A stretch of DNA of 24,000 nucleotides from Lactobacillus sp. ESL0701 (GTDB lineage Bacteria > Bacillota > Bacilli > Lactobacillales > Lactobacillaceae). The stretch's first letter is position 1; each line of letters starts with the position of its first letter. A model generated the notes under the pieces. It was given only the letters and a program-made list of their open reading frames with translations, was not told the origin of the DNA and did no database searches. A program made the position numbers and the translations under genes. Of this stretch, positions 1 through 8,992 are shown one piece after another. The DNA lies in the NCBI RefSeq assembly GCF_029433445.1, contig NZ_JAQTIC010000009.1:41202-65201 (forward strand), written 5' to 3'.

Positions 1-303
1 AAACGGCTAGTTGTTGTCTTTCAGCCGCATACATTTTCACGGACTAAAAAATACGCTAAGGATTTCGAAGAAATTTTGCGTGATGTTGATAAAGCTTATA
101 TAACGCCGATTTATGCGTCTGCTCGTGAGAGTGCTGGCGATATATCAAGTGAAGACTTAACTGCGCAAATTCCAGGCTCAGAAGTCATTGATTTGGCTAA
201 TATTGCTGATTTAACCCAAAATCATGATAGTGTTATTGTCTTCATGGGTGCCGGTGACATACCAAAATACGAAGATGCCTTCGCAAAATTATTGCAAAAA
301 TAA
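1..303 (+). CDS. murC: UDP-N-acetylmuramate--L-alanine ligase MurC, C-terminal fragment (5' end lies outside the window)
   Basis: Frame 1 is open from base 1 (KRLVVVFQPHTFSRTKKY...), so the ORF-track Met at 76 is internal. The VFQPHxxSRT motif and the ...VFMGAGDI... tail are typical of the MurC C-terminal domain. Stop TAA at 301-303. Confidence 0.8.
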   Translation, partial: KRLVVVFQPHTFSRTKKYAKDFEEILRDVDKAYITPIYASARESAGDISSEDLTAQIPGSEVIDLANIADLTQNHDSVIVFMGAGDIPKYEDAFAKLLQK

Positions 304-314
304 AATTAACTAAG

Positions 315-343
315 AAACTAGTTGCAACGCGACTAGTTTTTTT
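315..343 (+). terminator. Rho-independent terminator after murC
   Basis: aaactagttg (315-324) pairs with cgactagttt (330-339), with one G-U pair and a 5-nt loop caacg. A T-run follows to 343. Confidence 0.75.
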
Positions 344-385
344 AAATTATAAGTAAGTCAGTAATCTGCTAGAAACCGTTAAAAC

Positions 386-394
386 TGTTAGAAT
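386..394 (+). promoter_or_regulatory. Candidate extended -10 promoter element for polA
   Basis: TGtTAGAAT at 386-394 fits the TGnTATAAT class. There is no good -35. The ORF-track ATG at 393 lies inside this element, which argues for the ATG at 435 as the polA start. Confidence 0.4.
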
Positions 395-434
395 GGTATG
401 TGAATTAACTGACGATTTAATAACGAGGAGAATT

Positions 435-3107
435 ATGGCTGATCAAAAATTACTTTTAATTGATGGTAATTCCGTTGCCTTTCGTGCGTTTTATGCACTT
501 TACCGGCAGCTTGAAAACTTCAAAAATGCGGAAGGTCTGCACACTAATGCCATTTATACTTTTAAAAATATGCTGGATGTTCTACTAAAAGATGTTCAGC
601 CAGACTATGTCTTGGTTGCCTTTGATGCTGGCAAGACAACTTTTAGAAATAGCATGTATGATGACTACAAGGGCGGTCGCCAGAAAACACCGCCGGAATT
701 ATTAGAGCAGTTGCCATATATTCAAGAAATGCTGCATGATTTAGGAATTGCGACTTACGAACTAAAGAATTATGAAGCCGATGATATTATCGGGACTTTC
801 GCGCGCCTTGGTGAAGAACAAAATATGGCGGTAACAATTGTGACTGGAGATAAGGATTTAACTCAACTAGCTTCAGAAAAAACAACGGTCATGGTAACTA
901 AGTCTGGCGTTTCAGACCTAGAAGCATATACGCCAGAGCACATGAAGGAAGTTAATGGCGTGACGCCAACTGAATTTATTGATATGAAGGCACTGATGGG
1001 GGACAATTCCGATAATTATCCTGGGGTAACTAAGGTTGGTCCTAAGACAGCTTCACGTTTAATTCAGCAGTATGGTTCAGTTGAGGGACTTTACGAGCAT
1101 GTAGCTGATATGAAGAAGTCCAAGTTAAAGGAAAACTTAATTAACGACAAGGATAAGGCCTTTTTAGCTAAAAAGTTAGCGACGATTAACTGTGAAAGTC
1201 CAGTGACCATTGACTTAGCTGGTGTTAAGCGGCAAAAGGTTGACCAAGACAAATTGCGGCAGTTTTACGAAAAGATGAATTTTCGTAAATTTTTAAATCA
1301 ATTGGATGCAGCAGATACTGCTTCTGGTGAAAATGCGCCTGAAACAGAAGTTCAGATTGACTATGTTGAACTTACTAAAAAGCTGATGGAACAAATTAAG
1401 GTGACTGAAGGAGATACTGTCAGCTTTTATTTGGGGATGCTCGGCGCCAATTATCATTTGGCAGAATTTATTGGCTTTGCCCTTAAAGTTGGTGAGCAAA
1501 CCTATGTCAGCCGCGATGTTGAACTTTTACAGACTGAGCAATTAAAGCAACTTTTAGAAAATGATAAAATTCAAAAAGATGTCTTTGACCTTAAACGAAC
1601 AATGGTTGGTCTCAATCGGTTGGACATCCAAGTTCAAGGAATTGATTATGACATGCTGCTGGCATCATATTTAGTTAATAACGAGAATAATTCCAATGAC
1701 ATGGGGGAAGTTTGTCATTTATACGGTGACTATTCAGTTAAAAGTGACTTTGAAGTTTACGGCAAGGGCAAAAAGGAACACATTCCCGACGATGACCAAA
1801 TCTTATTCAGCCACCTTGCCAGCAAGGCCCAGTCGATTGTTAGATTGAAGGATGAATTATTAAAGCGTCTGAAGGATCATGAACAAGACGACTTGTTTGC
1901 CAGTATTGAAATTCCAGTAGCGCGCGTTTTAGCCGTGATGGAAATGAACGGTATTAAGGTTCAGGCAGGTACTTTAATTCAATTGCAGAATGAATTTGCC
2001 GTGGAATTGCAAGACCTTGAAAACAAGATTTATCAAGAAGCTGGAGAACGTTTTAACCTCAATTCTCCTAAGCAATTAGGGCATATTCTGTTTGAAAAGA
2101 TGGGTTTGCCGCCAATTAAAAAGACAAAAACCGGTTATTCAACCTCAGTTGACGTTTTGAACCAGTTAAAAGACCAAAGTCCAATTATTGATGAAATTTT
2201 GACTTACCGGCAGATTGCTAAAATTCAATCGACTTACGTTAAGGGGCTGCTTGATGTTATTCAAAAGGATAGTCGCGTTCATACGCGTTATTTGCAGACG
2301 CTAACAGCGACAGGACGTTTGTCTTCAGTTGATCCTAACTTGCAAAATATTCCGACTAGAACAGAAGAAGGTAAACAAATCAGAAAGGCCTTTGTCCCAA
2401 GTACGCCGGATGGCTACATTTTCTCTTGTGATTATTCTCAAATTGAATTGCGGGTTTTGGCACAGGTTTCTGGTGATGAGAACATGCAGGAAGCCTTTAA
2501 GACAGGCTATGATATTCACTCACACACGGCAATGAAGATATTCCACTTAGATTCTCCAGATGAAGTGACACCGTTAATGCGCCGCCGAGCAAAGGCCGTT
2601 AACTTTGGGATTGTTTATGGGATTTCCGATTACGGTTTATCTAAGAACTTGGACATCAGTCGAAAACAAGCCAAGGAATTTATTGATAATTACTTTGAAC
2701 AATATCCGCAAATTCGTGACTATATGGACAAGGCTGTTCAGGAAGCACGTGAAAAGGGTTATGCCGAAACAATTATGCACCGTCGCCGTTACTTGCCTGA
2801 TATTCATGCTAAGAATTTCAATGTGCGGTCATTTGCGGAAAGAACCGCGATAAATTCACCAATTCAGGGGTCAGCTGCTGATATTATTAAGATTGCCATG
2901 ATCAACATGCAGAAGAAGTTGGATGAATTACACCTCAAGACAAAAATGGTAGTTCAGGTTCATGATGAGCTGATTTTTGATGTGCCTAAGGATGAACTGG
3001 AAACGATTAAGAAGATTGTTCCCGAGGTTATGCAGTCAGCAGTCCAGCTTGATATTCCGTTAATTGCTGATTCCGGTTGGGGTCACAATTGGTATGATGC
3101 AAAATAA
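435..3107 (+). CDS. polA: DNA polymerase I
   Basis: The ATG at 435 is preceded by GAGGAG (425-430). The N-terminus LLLIDGNSVAFRAFYAL is the 5'-3' exonuclease fold. Pol A-family motifs are present: A (DYSQIELRVLA), B (RRRAKAVNFGIVYG) and C (VQVHDEL). Confidence 0.95.
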   Translation: MADQKLLLIDGNSVAFRAFYALYRQLENFKNAEGLHTNAIYTFKNMLDVLLKDVQPDYVLVAFDAGKTTFRNSMYDDYKGGRQKTPPELLEQLPYIQEMLHDLGIATYELKNYEADDIIGTFARLGEEQNMAVTIVTGDKDLTQLASEKTTVMVTKSGVSDLEAYTPEHMKEVNGVTPTEFIDMKALMGDNSDNYPGVTKVGPKTASRLIQQYGSVEGLYEHVADMKKSKLKENLINDKDKAFLAKKLATINCESPVTIDLAGVKRQKVDQDKLRQFYEKMNFRKFLNQLDAADTASGENAPETEVQIDYVELTKKLMEQIKVTEGDTVSFYLGMLGANYHLAEFIGFALKVGEQTYVSRDVELLQTEQLKQLLENDKIQKDVFDLKRTMVGLNRLDIQVQGIDYDMLLASYLVNNENNSNDMGEVCHLYGDYSVKSDFEVYGKGKKEHIPDDDQILFSHLASKAQSIVRLKDELLKRLKDHEQDDLFASIEIPVARVLAVMEMNGIKVQAGTLIQLQNEFAVELQDLENKIYQEAGERFNLNSPKQLGHILFEKMGLPPIKKTKTGYSTSVDVLNQLKDQSPIIDEILTYRQIAKIQSTYVKGLLDVIQKDSRVHTRYLQTLTATGRLSSVDPNLQNIPTRTEEGKQIRKAFVPSTPDGYIFSCDYSQIELRVLAQVSGDENMQEAFKTGYDIHSHTAMKIFHLDSPDEVTPLMRRRAKAVNFGIVYGISDYGLSKNLDISRKQAKEFIDNYFEQYPQIRDYMDKAVQEAREKGYAETIMHRRRYLPDIHAKNFNVRSFAERTAINSPIQGSAADIIKIAMINMQKKLDELHLKTKMVVQVHDELIFDVPKDELETIKKIVPEVMQSAVQLDIPLIADSGWGHNWYDAK

Positions 3108-3119
3108 GGAGATAAATTA

Positions 3120-3950
3120 ATGCCAGAAATGCCGGAAGTCGAAACAGTGCGCCGCACGTTGCTTCCCTTAATTAAAGGAAAAACAATTAAAGAGGTCACC
3201 TTGTGGTATCCTAAAATTATCGCCAGCGACCATGATGAGTTTGTTAAACAAGTTACGGGACAGAAAGTTTTAACCATTGACCGTTATGCTAAATACTTGT
3301 TAATTCGCTTAAGTGGCGATTTAACGATTGTGTCGCACTTGCGTATGGAAGGTAAATATCGGCTGACAACAATTGCCGCACCTAAGGATAAGCACGATCA
3401 CGTGCAGTTTACTTTCACTGATGATACAGCTTTGCGCTATAATGACGTGCGTAAATTTGGCCGCATGCAGCTAGTTGCAACGGGAACAGAAAAGATTGTC
3501 ACTGGAATTAGTAAACTTGGTTTTGAACCTAATTCTACCGAGTTTACGGTGGAATTTTTAGCAGCAGGACTTAGCCGCAAGAAGAAAAATATCAAGAGTA
3601 CCTTGCTTGACCAAAGTATTGTTGCCGGGTTAGGCAATATCTATGTTGACGAGGTCTTGTGGCAAACGAAAATTCACCCGTTAAGTGTTGCTAGTCAAAT
3701 TCCTAGGGAAAAAGTGGCAGAACTGCATGACAATATTAACGCACTAATTACCTTAGCGATTGCCAAACGTGGTACTACTGTGCATACTTATCTTGATGCT
3801 AATGGTGAAACCGGCGGCTTTCAAAAAATGTTGCGGGTCTATGGTCATCAGGGTGAACCGTGCGCGCGCTGTGGCAATTCACTTGAAAAGATCAAGGTTA
3901 ATGGTCGGGGGACGACTTTTTGTCCTGAGTGCCAGGTGGTTTACAAATGA
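3120..3950 (+). CDS. mutM: Formamidopyrimidine-DNA glycosylase (Fpg/MutM)
   Basis: The N-terminus MPEMPEVETVRR matches the canonical Fpg start MPELPEVE with catalytic Pro2. The C-terminal zinc finger is CARCG...FCPECQ. RBS AAGGAG at 3107-3112. Confidence 0.93.
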   Translation: MPEMPEVETVRRTLLPLIKGKTIKEVTLWYPKIIASDHDEFVKQVTGQKVLTIDRYAKYLLIRLSGDLTIVSHLRMEGKYRLTTIAAPKDKHDHVQFTFTDDTALRYNDVRKFGRMQLVATGTEKIVTGISKLGFEPNSTEFTVEFLAAGLSRKKKNIKSTLLDQSIVAGLGNIYVDEVLWQTKIHPLSVASQIPREKVAELHDNINALITLAIAKRGTTVHTYLDANGETGGFQKMLRVYGHQGEPCARCGNSLEKIKVNGRGTTFCPECQVVYK

Positions 3951-4561
3951 CACTAGTGTTGGGCTTAACAGGTGGAATTGCCAGCGGTAAAAGTACCGCC
4001 GATGCCTTTTTTAAAAAGCAGCAATTGCCGATTATTGATAGCGACCTAATTGCTCATGATATTTTGAATGTTGGCGAAGCTGGTTATCATCAAGTTGTCC
4101 AGCAATTTGGCAGCAAGTTTTTAAATTCAGACCAAACGCTTGATCGTCACAGGCTTGGCGAAGTGGTGTTCAGTAACCCTAAGCAATTGAGTATCTTGAA
4201 TAAAATTACCCACCCGTTGATTTTTGAAATAATTCAGACTAAAATTACGCAAAATAAACAAGCTAATGAAGAGCTGGTTATTCTGGATGCGCCAGTTTTA
4301 TTTGAATCGGGCGCACAGAAATATTGCGACAAGACATTGCTAATTACAGTTCCTGAAAAAACGCAGATTAAGCGACTGATAACGCGTGATGGCTTAACGC
4401 GTAAGGCGGCACTGAATCGGATTAACAGCCAAATGCCACTTGCACAAAAAATCGAGTTGGCCGACTATGTAATTACAAATACTGGTACAATAAAAGAGTT
4501 AGAGGTCCAATTGGCCCAGTTGCTACTTAAATTAAAAGGAGAGAAGAATGGAATGTCCTAA
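3947..4561 (+). CDS. coaE: Dephospho-CoA kinase
   Basis: MTLVLGLTGGIASGKST carries a P-loop right at the N-terminus. The ATG at 3947 overlaps the mutM stop (ATGA). The ORF-track start at 3929 would add a non-conserved extension. Confidence 0.9.
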   Translation: MTLVLGLTGGIASGKSTADAFFKKQQLPIIDSDLIAHDILNVGEAGYHQVVQQFGSKFLNSDQTLDRHRLGEVVFSNPKQLSILNKITHPLIFEIIQTKITQNKQANEELVILDAPVLFESGAQKYCDKTLLITVPEKTQIKRLITRDGLTRKAALNRINSQMPLAQKIELADYVITNTGTIKELEVQLAQLLLKLKGEKNGMS

Positions 4562-5027
4562 TTGTCGGCAAAATGCCTCGCGCGTAATTGATTCTCGTCC
4601 TAGTGATGAAAATCGGGCAATTCGCCGTAGACGTGAATGTGAAAATTGTGGTTTTCGGTTTACAACCTTTGAACGCATGGAAACTACGCCATTGTTAGTC
4701 ATTAAAAATGACGGTACAAGAGAGCCATTTAGCCGCAAAAAGATTTTGCATGGTGTGATGGCTGCTGGGCAAAAGCGTCCAATTACTAGTGCTCAATTTG
4801 AGCAGCTAGTTGACCACGTTGAAAACAAGGTTAGAAAACAAGGCGTCAGCGAAATTTCATCAAAGAAAATCGGTCAAATTGTCATGGACGAATTGGCTGA
4901 TATTGACGATGTTGCTTACATTCGATTTGCCTCCATTTACCGCGAATTTAAAGATATGTCCAGTTTTATGAAGACGATGGAAGATATGATTGCTAAACGT
5001 GAGGAGAAGGGAACTACTGATGTTTGA
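4548..5027 (+). CDS. nrdR: Transcriptional repressor NrdR (zinc ribbon plus ATP-cone)
   Basis: MECPNCRQNASRVIDSRP...RRRRECENCGFRFTTFE is the hallmark NrdR zinc ribbon, followed by an ATP-cone. RBS GGAGAG lies upstream. The gene overlaps the coaE end by 14 nt. Confidence 0.95.
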   Translation: MECPNCRQNASRVIDSRPSDENRAIRRRRECENCGFRFTTFERMETTPLLVIKNDGTREPFSRKKILHGVMAAGQKRPITSAQFEQLVDHVENKVRKQGVSEISSKKIGQIVMDELADIDDVAYIRFASIYREFKDMSSFMKTMEDMIAKREEKGTTDV

Positions 5028-6369
5028 GACCGCTAATCCCAAACAACCTTTTTTTATTATTAATCAAGTAACGGTTTTTCCGCAGGATTTGCAAGTTTTA
5101 ATTAAATTGTACCAACCACTAGTTGGTGCTAGTGGTATTGCTCTTTACTTAACTTTGGTGGCTGATTATGATGCGGCGGCAATTTTGTCTGACAGTAAGG
5201 GCATTTACCATCTGCAAGAGCAGCTTGACTGCAGTTTGAAAGAATTGTTCCAAGCACTGCATAAGCTAGAGGCAGTAGGACTTGTTAAAACGCGCATTAT
5301 TAAGAATGAAATCATGGGGCAAGTGCTGCTGTTTTCTTTAACTTGCGTGCCCACTAGTAGTGAATTTTTTGCGACAGCCTTGCTGGCTAGTTTATTAAAA
5401 GAAAAAGTCGGCGTGACAACTTTTCAATCGTTGAGTCATGCTTTTGCTCGGGAAAATAAGCGTAGGGAGAATCAGGTTAACGGCATGCAAAATGCTAAGG
5501 ATGTTTCCGCATCATTTATGGATGTTTTTCGTTTGCCAGATGAGGAAGCAATTAGTCCCTCGCAAGATGTCCAGCAAGCAGCCCAAGAAAATCAAGCTCA
5601 GCCAGCTGCTAAGGCCAGGGTTAACGAGCAAGATACGATTGACTGGCAGTTTATGAAGGAGCAGTTTGAAATTTACCAAATTGCTGCAAGTGAAATTGAC
5701 AAAAATCAGGCGGCGATTAGGGGAATAATGCGCACTTACGGCTTGTCGGAGCAGGAATTTGTTGACGAAACCTTGCCATGCCTGCATGACAGTTATGAAC
5801 TTAATATGCCGCAGATTAAGCGAACCATTGCGGAAAATATTCACGCTGAAGGCACGCGCAAAAATTTACAGCAAACACAAGATCAACAAGCTTCAATTCA
5901 AGACAATTCTAGTTTGAGCCTGCGTGACCAGCGAATTTTGCAGTTAGCGCAGACGAAGTCACCGGCGCAATTTTTGTACCGCTTGAAGACTGACAAGCAT
6001 GATTATGTTGATGCCAGTGAATATAAAGTGCTGGATAATCTGTATAATCAAAAAGATATTCCAGCAGAATTACTCAATATCTTGACCTATGCCTGCTTGA
6101 ACAGTGGACCGTCGGTGTCTTATCGTTTGGCTAATACAATTCTGCATGATTGGCTGCAGCATGGTGTTAAGACAGGCAGTCAGGCTTTGGAATATATGGA
6201 GAAGCGTCAGCAGAAGAAGAGTTACTATCCTCGTTATTCGACAAAAACTAAAAAGGTTGAAAAGGGTACCGACTGGAGTAAGCATGATAAGACAGTTCAA
6301 ACTGATAAGACGGCTAGTGAGTTGAAGGATTTTCTTAAGAATTTAGAGGATCAAACTGGACTTAGGTAG
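5020..6369 (+). CDS. dnaB: Replication initiation and membrane attachment protein, Firmicute DnaB type (not the helicase)
   Basis: Position between nrdR and dnaI matches the Bacillus and lactobacilli order. The ATG at 5020 has GAGGAGAAGG at 5001-5010. The protein is about 450 aa with a Q/E-rich linker, typical of this family. It overlaps the nrdR end by 8 nt. Confidence 0.8.
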   Translation: MFETANPKQPFFIINQVTVFPQDLQVLIKLYQPLVGASGIALYLTLVADYDAAAILSDSKGIYHLQEQLDCSLKELFQALHKLEAVGLVKTRIIKNEIMGQVLLFSLTCVPTSSEFFATALLASLLKEKVGVTTFQSLSHAFARENKRRENQVNGMQNAKDVSASFMDVFRLPDEEAISPSQDVQQAAQENQAQPAAKARVNEQDTIDWQFMKEQFEIYQIAASEIDKNQAAIRGIMRTYGLSEQEFVDETLPCLHDSYELNMPQIKRTIAENIHAEGTRKNLQQTQDQQASIQDNSSLSLRDQRILQLAQTKSPAQFLYRLKTDKHDYVDASEYKVLDNLYNQKDIPAELLNILTYACLNSGPSVSYRLANTILHDWLQHGVKTGSQALEYMEKRQQKKSYYPRYSTKTKKVEKGTDWSKHDKTVQTDKTASELKDFLKNLEDQTGLR

Positions 6370-6379
6370 GTATTATACA

Positions 6380-7279
6380 ATGCAACAAATAGGCGATATT
6401 TTAAATAAAGTTAATCCTGAAATTAAAGAAAAATATAATTTAAATAAGATTTACCAACAAGTATTAACTGATCCGGATATTCAAAAATTTATTCATGAAA
6501 ATGAAAATAAAATTACTCAGAAAATGATAAACCAGAGTTTGTCAAATTTATATGAATATTATTCACAACGACATAATCAAGATCCTGTTATAACCGGATA
6601 TCGGCCTGAATTGTTTTTGAATCATAATGCAATTGATCTGCGATTTGTACCTGATTCAAATAAATTGATTCGAGATCGTGAAAACAATACTAAACTACAT
6701 TTGAACTTAATCGACTTGCCTGAAAAATTGCGTAAAGTTCATATAAGCGAAATTGATTTGACTAATGAGCGAAAAGGCGTGGTTGACTTAATAATTAAAT
6801 TTTTATCTAAATATAGACGTAATCCTCATCAGAAGGGACTTTATTTAGAGGGAAATTTTGGAGTAGGTAAGACATACATTTTAGCAGGACTTGCTAATCA
6901 TGTAGCTGCTATGAACAAGAATGTTGTCTTTTTACATGTACCAACATTTATTGCAAAGTTATCGAGTCATTTTGAAGATAATAGTTTGCAAAATGAAATT
7001 GATCGTGTGAGTCAGTGTGATTTATTAATTTTAGATGATATTGGTGCAGAAACTTTGAGTCAATGGTCACGTGATGATGTGTTAGGTGTTATTTTACAAG
7101 CGCGTATGGATAATGTTCTGCCAACATTTTTTTCATCTAATATAGATATGGATAAACTTGAAGAACATTTTAAGGTGACTAAAAATGCTGTTGAGCCAGT
7201 TAAGGCAGCTCGTTTAATGGAAAGGATAAGAACTTTAGCCAAAGAAGTAGAAATTAAAGGAAAAAATAGAAGAAGATAA
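6380..7279 (+). CDS. dnaI: Primosomal protein DnaI (helicase loader, AAA+)
   Basis: Walker A GNFGVGKTY and Walker B LLILDDIGAE. The size and the position after dnaB fit DnaI. The gene is noticeably AT-rich compared with dnaB. Confidence 0.88.
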   Translation: MQQIGDILNKVNPEIKEKYNLNKIYQQVLTDPDIQKFIHENENKITQKMINQSLSNLYEYYSQRHNQDPVITGYRPELFLNHNAIDLRFVPDSNKLIRDRENNTKLHLNLIDLPEKLRKVHISEIDLTNERKGVVDLIIKFLSKYRRNPHQKGLYLEGNFGVGKTYILAGLANHVAAMNKNVVFLHVPTFIAKLSSHFEDNSLQNEIDRVSQCDLLILDDIGAETLSQWSRDDVLGVILQARMDNVLPTFFSSNIDMDKLEEHFKVTKNAVEPVKAARLMERIRTLAKEVEIKGKNRRR

Positions 7280-7302
7280 AATATAGTTTCAAAGTATTTT
7301 TA

Positions 7303-7345
7303 ACCTACCAATTGAGAAAAACTTACTTGGTAGGTATTTTTATTG
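7303..7345 (+). terminator. Rho-independent terminator after dnaI
   Basis: acctaccaa (7303-7311) pairs with ttggtaggt (7327-7335). The hairpin is followed by atttttatt. Confidence 0.7.
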
Positions 7346-7402
7346 ATTTTTGTTTTATAATTAAAATTATAGATTTACGTATCAAGTGGAGAAATGATAA
7401 GA

Positions 7403-8974
7403 ATGACAAATAATAGAGAATCTCAAGAGACAGTTCAACGACAGGAATTACATCGAAAAATTTGGGCAATTGCTGATAATGTTCGTGGAGCAGTAGATGG
7501 ATGGGATTTTAAACAGTATGTTCTTGGAATTTTGTTTTATCGCTTTATTTCAGAAAATATGACAGAATTTTTTAATTCAGCTGAGCATGAAGCTGGAGAT
7601 GATGATTTTGATTATACTGAATTATCTGATGAAGAGGCACGAGAGGATTTTGAGCCAGGAACAATTGAAGATAAGGGCTTTTTTATTTTACCTAGTCAAT
7701 TATTTGCTAATGTTTTAAAAGCTTCAAAAAACAATGAGAATCTAAATACTGATTTGGCTAATATTTTCAAAAGTATAGAAAAAAGTGCTGAAGGTCATCC
7801 ATCTGAAGATAATATTAATGGCTTATTTGCTGATATTGATACTACTAGTAATAGATTAGGCGGAACTGTTAAAGAAAAAAATGATCGTTTAAGAAAAATT
7901 CTTCAAGGTATTGCTAATATTCAATTTGATAATTTTCAAGATAATGATATCGATGCTTTTGGTGATGCTTATGAATACTTAATTTCAAATTACGCTAGTA
8001 ATGCTGGAAAATCTGGAGGGGAATTTTTTACACCACAAACTGTATCTAAATTGCTTGCTAGAATAGTTACTGATGGTAAAACTGAAATTAATAAAGTATA
8101 CGATCCAACATGTGGAAGTGGCTCTCTACTACTACAGATGAAAAAACAATTTGATGATCATGTAATTAAAGAGGGGTTTTTTGGTCAAGAAATTAATATG
8201 ACAAATTACAATATGGCACGCATGAATATGTTTTTACATGATGTCAATTATAGTGATTTTTCAATTAAGCGCGGTGATACGCTTTTGCATCCAATGCATG
8301 AAAATGATAAACCATTCGATGCAATTGTTTCTAATCCACCATATTCTCAAAAGTGGCCTGGCAATAATGATCCAACTTTGATTAACGATCCACGTTTTGC
8401 ACCAGCTGGTAAATTAGCACCAAAGAATTATGCTGATTATGCCTTTATCTTACATTGTCTCAGTTATCTTTCTTCACAAGGATTGGCAGCAATAGTTTGT
8501 TTTCCAGGTATTTTTTATCGTAAAGGTGCAGAAAAAACTATTAGACAATACCTGGTTGATAATAACTTTATTGATTGTGTAATTGCTTTACCAGAAAATT
8601 TGTTTTTTGGTACAACAATAGCAACTTGTATTATGGTGCTGTCAAAACATAAGAAAGATAATACAACACTTTTCATTGATGCCAGTAAAGAATTTCAAAA
8701 AGAAACAAACAATAATATTTTAAATAATGATAATATTACTCATATTGTTCAAGAATTTCGTGAACGTAAAGATATTGATTACTTTGCTAAAAATATTAGT
8801 CATGATGAAATTGCTAAAAATGACTACAATATGTCGGTTTCAACTTACGTTGAAAAGGAAGATACACGAGAAAAAATTGATATTGATGTTTTGAATAAGC
8901 AAATTGATCAAACTGTTAAAAAGATTGATCAATTAAGAGCTGATATTAACAAAATAGTTAAGGAATTATTGTAA
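7403..8974 (+). CDS. hsdM: Type I restriction-modification system, N6-adenine DNA methyltransferase subunit HsdM
   Basis: HsdM N-terminal domain ([36 protein letters not shown]). AdoMet motif I is [10 protein letters not shown] and catalytic motif IV is NPPYSQKW. The ATG at 7403 has better spacing to GGAGA (7387-7391) than the ATG at 7394. Either start is possible. Confidence 0.93.
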   Translation: MTNNRESQETVQRQELHRKIWAIADNVRGAVDGWDFKQYVLGILFYRFISENMTEFFNSAEHEAGDDDFDYTELSDEEAREDFEPGTIEDKGFFILPSQLFANVLKASKNNENLNTDLANIFKSIEKSAEGHPSEDNINGLFADIDTTSNRLGGTVKEKNDRLRKILQGIANIQFDNFQDNDIDAFGDAYEYLISNYASNAGKSGGEFFTPQTVSKLLARIVTDGKTEINKVYDPTCGSGSLLLQMKKQFDDHVIKEGFFGQEINMTNYNMARMNMFLHDVNYSDFSIKRGDTLLHPMHENDKPFDAIVSNPPYSQKWPGNNDPTLINDPRFAPAGKLAPKNYADYAFILHCLSYLSSQGLAAIVCFPGIFYRKGAEKTIRQYLVDNNFIDCVIALPENLFFGTTIATCIMVLSKHKKDNTTLFIDASKEFQKETNNNILNNDNITHIVQEFRERKDIDYFAKNISHDEIAKNDYNMSVSTYVEKEDTREKIDIDVLNKQIDQTVKKIDQLRADINKIVKELL

Positions 8975-8992
8975 GTAAAGAAGGTGAGGCAA

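Noticed and set aside
393-434. ORF-track N-terminal extensions: polA at 393, coaE at 3929, dnaB at 4990, hsdS GTG at 8984, thrS at 15278, the ABC ATPase at 17360 and the SBP GTG at 18152.
   Set aside because: In each case a downstream ATG has a properly spaced Shine-Dalgarno sequence and begins at the conserved N-terminus. Several of the extended starts fall inside a -10 box or a terminator T-run.
2329-2853. Same-strand out-of-frame ORFs inside polA (2329-2535, 2605-2853). Analogous ones lie at 3760-3990, 5438-5656, 6104-6325, 12493-12708, 13207-13407, 15834-16115 and 16509-16790.
   Set aside because: These are alternative frames of well-supported genes, and none carries a recognisable motif.
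7343-7373. Candidate hsdM promoter (TTGATT at 7343-7348 with TATAAT at 7356-7361 or TATAGA at 7368-7373)
   Set aside because: The spacers are 7 nt or 19 nt, neither of which is canonical. The region is so AT-rich that hexamer matches are expected by chance. A promoter probably exists here, but I cannot place it.
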